Below are positions 27,262-32,000 of a stretch of DNA of 32,000 nt, one piece after another. The stretch is from Acholeplasma laidlawii PG-8A (GTDB lineage Bacteria; Bacillota_I; Bacilli_A; Acholeplasmatales; Acholeplasmataceae): positions 420,001-452,000 of the forward strand of contig NC_010163.1 of the NCBI RefSeq assembly GCF_000018785.1. The letters run 5' to 3'. The position numbers and the translations under genes are program-made. Position 1 is the first letter of the stretch. Each line of letters starts with the position of its first letter. The notes under the pieces were generated by a model. The model was not told the DNA's origin and searched no databases. It saw nothing but the letters and a program-made list of their open reading frames with translations.

Positions 27262-27564
27262 ATGAAAGAAAATAGTTTTAAGTTAGCTAGAAATACATAT
27301 ATGGATAAATTAAAAATGTATGTACCAATTGTTGATCGTGTACATGGTAAACTACATCCTGAGTTTCATGATGTAAGACGCGTATTTGATGTACTTGATG
27401 ATAAACTTAATCAAAGTAATTTAGACTTAAAAAATGAGTTTGAAGCGTTAAAAGTAATCACTAATCATTATAAAGTACCACATGATGTATGTGAAAGTTA
27501 TGAAGCCGTTTACCAAATGCTAGAAGAACTTAATAAGGCATATGATGAAAGTGCGGTGGTCTGA
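27262..27564 (+). CDS. Small uncharacterised protein with a His-rich HGKLHPEFHDV motif
   Basis: 100 aa ORF with a gaaaagagg-type RBS; its last base overlaps the first base of the following P-type ATPase gene. Confidence 0.75.
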   Translation: MKENSFKLARNTYMDKLKMYVPIVDRVHGKLHPEFHDVRRVFDVLDDKLNQSNLDLKNEFEALKVITNHYKVPHDVCESYEAVYQMLEELNKAYDESAVV

Positions 27565-29420
27565 TGGTCTCATTTATACATAAACAAAGGATGAAAATCA
27601 TGATACTTTCATTCTTATTGATTGTATCAGGGTTTATAGCACATTATGTTTTCGATCAAAAACTGATATTTGATGTAACATTTATCATTGCATCTGTTAT
27701 AGGTGTATTACCGATTGCAATATCTGCCTTTCAAGCATTAAAAGTGAAAGTTATTAGTATTGATTTACTTGTTACAATTGCAGTTGTTGGTGCATTTATT
27801 ATTAAGGCATATGAAGAGTCTGCAATTGTTACATTCCTATTTTTATTTGGTGCTTATTTAGAACAAAGAACACTTAATAAGACAAGATCAGCGATTAAGG
27901 CACTAACTGAAATGGCACCTGAAACTGCACTTAAAAAGATGGATGATGGTGAGTTTTTAGAAGTTGGTATTGATGATGTAGAAGTAACTGATATTTTATT
28001 AGTTAAAACGGGTGCTAAGGTGCCTGTGGATGGTATTGTTTTAAGTGGTAGTGCCTATATTAATGAAGCAAGTATTACAGGTGAAGCAGTATCTGTTAAA
28101 AAAGTTGTCGACTCCAAAGTATTTGCAGGTACGATTTTAGATAATGGAACAATAGAAATCATTGCACAAAAAGTAGGAGAAGATACTACGTTTGGTAAAA
28201 TCATAGAACTTGTTGAAGAAGCACAAGATTCGAAGTCTGAGGCTGAAAAGTTTATTGATAGGTTTGCTACATGGTATACGCCGTTTGTTTTAGTACTTGC
28301 GCTTATTGTTTGGGTGATTACACAAGATGTAGCATTAGCTATTACAATACTCGTACTAGGTTGCCCGGGTGCGCTTGTGATTGGTGTACCAGTATCTAAT
28401 GTTGCAGGTATTGGAAATGGTGCAAGACATGGTGTGTTACTAAAGGGTAGCGAAGTGATTGGTAACTTTAGTAAGGTGGATACCATCGTTTTTGATAAAA
28501 CAGGAACACTTACAATTGGACACCCTGTACTAAGATATGAGGCTTATTATGAATTGGATAAAAAAGATATCATACCTTATATTTACAGTGTAGAAAAACA
28601 ATCAGATCATCCGCTTGCAAAGGCTATTACCAATCATTTGAAAGATGCCAAAACACTACCTATAGACCACACAGATGTTATCAAAGGTGGTGGGATTGTT
28701 GCAAGTATTCATGAAAGAAAAGTATTTATTGGAAATACAGTACTTATGAAAGATAATGGTATAGAAATAAAGTCAGATATCATGGATGAAATTAGTAGAT
28801 TAGAACATGAAGGACACTCCATAGTGCTTACGGCTATAGATGAAAAGTTAGTAAGTTTAATGGGTATTCGTGATGAAGTAAGACCGAATCTTAAAAAGGA
28901 TTTAAAACATATCAAAAAAATGGGTGTTAAAAACTTAATCGTATTATCTGGTGATAATCAAGGTAGTGTTGATATCGTAGCTAAAGAGTTAGGACTTACA
29001 AAAGCAATTGGCAACATGTTACCAGAAGATAAAGCAAACTACATTAAGGAACTAATGAATGAAGGTCATATCATCGCCTTTGTAGGGGATGGTGTGAATG
29101 ATAGTCCATCGATTGCACTTGCACATATTGGTATAGCAATGGGTGGTGGAACCGATGTTGCGATTGAAACATCAGATGTTGTATTAATGAATGATAACAT
29201 CAATAAATTACCACATGCTTTAGGGTTAGCAAAAGCAACTAAACATAATATGATCCAAAATATATTAATTGCAATAGGCGTTGTAGTCGTATTATTAGTA
29301 AGTTTATTTTGGGGTGAATGGGTGAATATGAGTATTGGTATGTTAGTTCATGAAGCAAGTATATTAGTAGTCATTTTAAATGCCATGAGACTTTTAAGAT
29401 TTAAAACAAAGATTAATTGA
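27564..29420 (+). CDS. P1B-type heavy-metal P-type ATPase without N-terminal HMA domain; TM motif CPG
   Basis: INEASITGEAVSVKK, ITILVLGCPGALVIGVPVSNVAGIGNGARHGVLLKG, VDTIVFDKTGTLTIG, SDHPLAKAI, FVGDGVNDSPSIALAHIGIAMG. Confidence 0.93.
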   Translation: MVSFIHKQRMKIMILSFLLIVSGFIAHYVFDQKLIFDVTFIIASVIGVLPIAISAFQALKVKVISIDLLVTIAVVGAFIIKAYEESAIVTFLFLFGAYLEQRTLNKTRSAIKALTEMAPETALKKMDDGEFLEVGIDDVEVTDILLVKTGAKVPVDGIVLSGSAYINEASITGEAVSVKKVVDSKVFAGTILDNGTIEIIAQKVGEDTTFGKIIELVEEAQDSKSEAEKFIDRFATWYTPFVLVLALIVWVITQDVALAITILVLGCPGALVIGVPVSNVAGIGNGARHGVLLKGSEVIGNFSKVDTIVFDKTGTLTIGHPVLRYEAYYELDKKDIIPYIYSVEKQSDHPLAKAITNHLKDAKTLPIDHTDVIKGGGIVASIHERKVFIGNTVLMKDNGIEIKSDIMDEISRLEHEGHSIVLTAIDEKLVSLMGIRDEVRPNLKKDLKHIKKMGVKNLIVLSGDNQGSVDIVAKELGLTKAIGNMLPEDKANYIKELMNEGHIIAFVGDGVNDSPSIALAHIGIAMGGGTDVAIETSDVVLMNDNINKLPHALGLAKATKHNMIQNILIAIGVVVVLLVSLFWGEWVNMSIGMLVHEASILVVILNAMRLLRFKTKIN

Positions 29421-29493
29421 TTTAAATCAAGGTTTATTAAAATACTTGAGTATATAATAGAAGTATAAAATAAAAATAAAGGAAGTAATAATA

Positions 29494-29726
29494 ATGAAAA
29501 AAACTACAATTCAATTAGAAACATTAACTTGTCCGTCTTGTCTACAAAAAATAAATAATGCAGTAAAAGGCTTAGATGGTGTTAATAAAGATAGTGTCAA
29601 TGTCATGTTAATTCAAGTAAAGTTAAATTAGAATTTGATGACTCAAAACTAGATATTGATAAAATTGACCAAGCAATTAAGTCTCAAGGATATGAAGTAA
29701 TCAAATCTAATACAAAAGATATCTAA
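29494..29726 (+). pseudogene. HMA-domain metallochaperone, frameshifted by an apparent 1-nt deletion
   Basis: Frame 1 reads MKKTTIQLETLTCPSCLQKINNAVKGLDGVNKDSVNVMLIQVKLN*. The next frame continues ..SKVKLEFDDSKLDIDKIDQAIKSQGYEVIKSNTKDI* to 29726. Restoring one T near 29608-29609 gives a 77-aa HMA protein. Confidence 0.85.
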
Positions 29727-29761
29727 GTAAAAAATGAAACCGATTTGTTAACATGAATCAT

Positions 29762-29790
29762 TTGACTTCAAATCTATAATCATATATAAT
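29762..29790 (+). promoter_or_regulatory. Putative promoter of the PTS EIIA gene
   Basis: TTGACT (29762-29767), 17-nt spacer, TATAAT (29785-29790). Confidence 0.8.
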
Positions 29791-29822
29791 CACTTAGGCT
29801 AAACGAGTAAAGGAAATAATAT

Positions 29823-30269
29823 ATGAACTTATTTGAAATTGATCATATCCATTTAGATTTAGAAGTATCCAGTAAAGATGAACTCTTTGACTTTATTGCT
29901 AATGCACTTAAAGCATTAGGGCGTATTACTGAAAGTGCTGATTTTAAAAAAGCGCTAGAAAAACGTGAAAGCGAAATTTCGACAGGTCTTGGTGAAGGTC
30001 TAGGTATGCCACATACTTTAGATACATCTGTGATGTTTCCAACGATGCTATATATTCGCTTAAAAAACGAAATAGACTATCAAGCAATCGATGGTTTACC
30101 AGTAAAGGAAATATACGCAATTGCAATGCCAAACAGCTATCAAAAAGAGCATTTAGAGTTGATTAGCAAGATTGCTACTATCTATATAGATGAAACATCA
30201 AAACAAGAAATTAGAGCACTAGATACAAAAGAAAGTATTCATAGTTTCATCTCTAAAAACTTAAAATAA
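29823..30269 (+). CDS. PTS EIIA component, fructose/mannitol (type-2) family
   Basis: ALEKRESEISTGLGEGLGMPHT with phosphorylatable His; 148 aa stand-alone domain. Confidence 0.88.
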   Translation: MNLFEIDHIHLDLEVSSKDELFDFIANALKALGRITESADFKKALEKRESEISTGLGEGLGMPHTLDTSVMFPTMLYIRLKNEIDYQAIDGLPVKEIYAIAMPNSYQKEHLELISKIATIYIDETSKQEIRALDTKESIHSFISKNLK

Positions 30270-30277
30270 CACAAAGT

Positions 30278-30311
30278 CCGCATAAATTATCGTTTATGCG
30301 GTTTTATTTTT
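30278..30311 (+). terminator. Intrinsic terminator after the EIIA gene
   Basis: CCGCATAAA (30278-30286) / TTTATGCGG (30293-30301) then T-run. Confidence 0.9.
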
Positions 30312-30343
30312 TATGGCATGTTAAAATAATTTTAGGTGATGAC

Positions 30344-30853
30344 ATGAGAGTTGAAATTTGGTTTGACTTCAATCAAGAGAGTTTAGAAGTCATAAATAAT
30401 TTAAATAATGCCTTTGAGCGCTTTAAACATTCTAAAGATGTGGATATCTTATTTAGATCTTTACCGCAAAAAGAAGAGCACTTTAAATACCATGAAATAT
30501 TTCAGTATGGGAGAAAAAAAGGATTAAAACACAGTTATTTATGTACTGTTTTTGATTTATTTAAAAGTAAAACTGATTTGACAACTGGTTTAGAAAGCCG
30601 TTTATCACCATATCATGTAGATATTAAAGATTTACAAACAAATTTAAAAGATCATAAGAGTTTAAGAATTGTTAAAAATCAATTAGAACATGCAGCACTT
30701 CAAAAAATCGATACTGCTCCAACACTTACCTTTACCCATGGGTTTAGATTAGTGGGCGTTAGTTCTATTTCTGATATTGAACAAACCTTAATTAAGATGT
30801 ATGAAAAGGACTCTGGAATTAAATACTGTATAGAAGAAGATTGTGAAAGATGA
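30344..30853 (+). CDS. DsbA/FrnE-like thioredoxin-fold protein lacking the CxxC motif
   Basis: N-terminus VEIWFDFNQESLEVINNL aligns by eye to DsbA/FrnE proteins (WFDFxCPxC) and TAPTLTF is the cis-Pro region. ATG at 30344 follows aggtgat; the track ORF starts at 30296 inside the terminator region. Confidence 0.65.
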   Translation: MRVEIWFDFNQESLEVINNLNNAFERFKHSKDVDILFRSLPQKEEHFKYHEIFQYGRKKGLKHSYLCTVFDLFKSKTDLTTGLESRLSPYHVDIKDLQTNLKDHKSLRIVKNQLEHAALQKIDTAPTLTFTHGFRLVGVSSISDIEQTLIKMYEKDSGIKYCIEEDCER

Positions 30854-30873
30854 TGTGAAAATCATCTTTTTTT
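30846..30873 (+). terminator. Intrinsic terminator
   Basis: AAAGATGAT / ATCATCTTT then T-run. Confidence 0.85.
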
Positions 30874-30952
30874 GTAAATATGCATAAAAATGAGTGGCAT
30901 CATGGTATACTTGATAAGGTTCAAAAAACGAAAAAGAAATAAGGGATACTAA

Positions 30953-32000
30953 ATGGCAATTTTATTTAACGATTTACCAATATTAGATACAACAAAAGTA
31001 GCATTAGAAAAATTAGGTTTTACTGAAGCTACACCAATACAGGAACAAGCAATTCCAAAGATGATTTTAGGTTTAGACTTAATCGGTCAAGCTCAAACAG
31101 GAACAGGAAAGACATTTGCTTTTGGCATACCGATGGTCGAAAAAACTGATACATCCTTAAGACAAACTCAAGGTTTAATTTTAACTCCAACTAGAGAATT
31201 AACAAATCAAGTGTACAAAGAGATTATTAAATTAGTGAAGTTTTACCCAGAATTAAGAGTTACAACCATCGTTGGTGGTGAGTCCTATGAAAAACAATTC
31301 AAGGAACTAGACAGAAAACCACATATCATTGTTGCAACACCAGGACGTATTATTGATCATATCGATCGAGGTACAGTGGATTTATCACACATTACAACAC
31401 TTACATTAGATGAAGCTGATGAAATGTTAAAAATGGGTTTCCAAGATGATATCGAACGCATTCTACAAACAACACCAGAAACACGTCAAACTGTATTATT
31501 TTCTGCAACAATGCCAGCATTTATTAAAAAGATAGCTAAAAACTATCAAAAAAATCCTGAGCTTATTAAAATTGAAGCAAAAAGTTTAACAGTTGATCGT
31601 ATTACTCAAGCTTACTTCTTAGTTAAAGAAAAAGAAAAACAAAGTTTATTAGAACGTCTATTAGATTTTGAAAATCCATCAACTGCAATTATTTTTGTGA
31701 ATACAAAAGCAGGTGCGGATAGAATTACTGAAAGTTTACAAAAAGCAGGATTTACTGCGGATGCACTTCATGGTGACTTAAAACAATCACAACGTACATA
31801 CGTTATGAATCGTTTTAGAAGTAAACAACTATCTATCTTAGTAGCAACAGACGTTGCAGCTAGAGGGTTAGACGTTGATGATGTTGAAATTATTGTAAAC
31901 TATGATTTACCTCAACAAGATGAAATCTATGTTCACCGTATTGGCCGTACAGGTCGTGCTGGTAAAAAAGGTAAAGCATTCACATTTGTTACACCACTTA
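30953..32000 (+). CDS. cshA: DEAD-box ATP-dependent RNA helicase (continues past right edge)
   Basis: AQTGTGKTFAFGIPM, PTRELTNQV, TPGRIIDHI, LDEADEMLKMGF, SATMP, ATDVAARGLDVDDVEIIVNYDLPQQDEIYVHRIGRTGRAGKKG. Confidence 0.95.
   Translation, partial: MAILFNDLPILDTTKVALEKLGFTEATPIQEQAIPKMILGLDLIGQAQTGTGKTFAFGIPMVEKTDTSLRQTQGLILTPTRELTNQVYKEIIKLVKFYPELRVTTIVGGESYEKQFKELDRKPHIIVATPGRIIDHIDRGTVDLSHITTLTLDEADEMLKMGFQDDIERILQTTPETRQTVLFSATMPAFIKKIAKNYQKNPELIKIEAKSLTVDRITQAYFLVKEKEKQSLLERLLDFENPSTAIIFVNTKAGADRITESLQKAGFTADALHGDLKQSQRTYVMNRFRSKQLSILVATDVAARGLDVDDVEIIVNYDLPQQDEIYVHRIGRTGRAGKKGKAFTFVTPL

Noticed and set aside
28055-28486. 143-aa antisense ORF and 68-aa ORF 28709-28915 within the P-type ATPase
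   Set aside because: Opposite conserved ATPase motifs, with no independent support.

Overview
This 32 kb low-GC window most resembles a Mollicute that uses UGA as a stop codon (smpB and the PfkB-family gene both end in TGA), so it is probably Acholeplasma or a close relative; that assignment is inference. Most genes are housekeeping: gpmI (partial), an FMN riboswitch plus ribU, eno, mgsA, rnr, smpB, patatin-like and PAP2 proteins, tRNA-Arg(CCG), fructokinase-like, Y-family polymerase plus YolD-like, MarR plus a heterodimeric ABC exporter, a VTT/TMEM64 protein, fabV, hsp20 with a CIRCE-like operator, a GlcD-like FAD oxidase, YjdM/PhnA-like, a metal P-type ATPase, a PTS EIIA and a DEAD-box helicase (partial). 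Two loci stand out. (1) 24.5-27.2 kb encodes a lipoprotein, an ECF sigma factor and a single-TM putative anti-sigma factor whose ectodomain visibly resembles the lipoprotein. (2) 10.4-12.5 kb, just downstream of the tRNA-Arg, encodes an Mrr-like nuclease with HRDC-like C-terminal domains next to a 2H phosphoesterase fused to a DUF4288-like domain, a speculative nucleic-acid-processing or defence pair. Other points of interest are a one-base frameshift in an HMA-type metallochaperone gene, a CPG (not CPC) P-type ATPase, a G8 tract at the mgsA ribosome-binding site, a DsbA/FrnE-like protein without CxxC, and an 18-bp palindrome touching the marR -10 box. No CRISPR array, transposase or prophage was seen.
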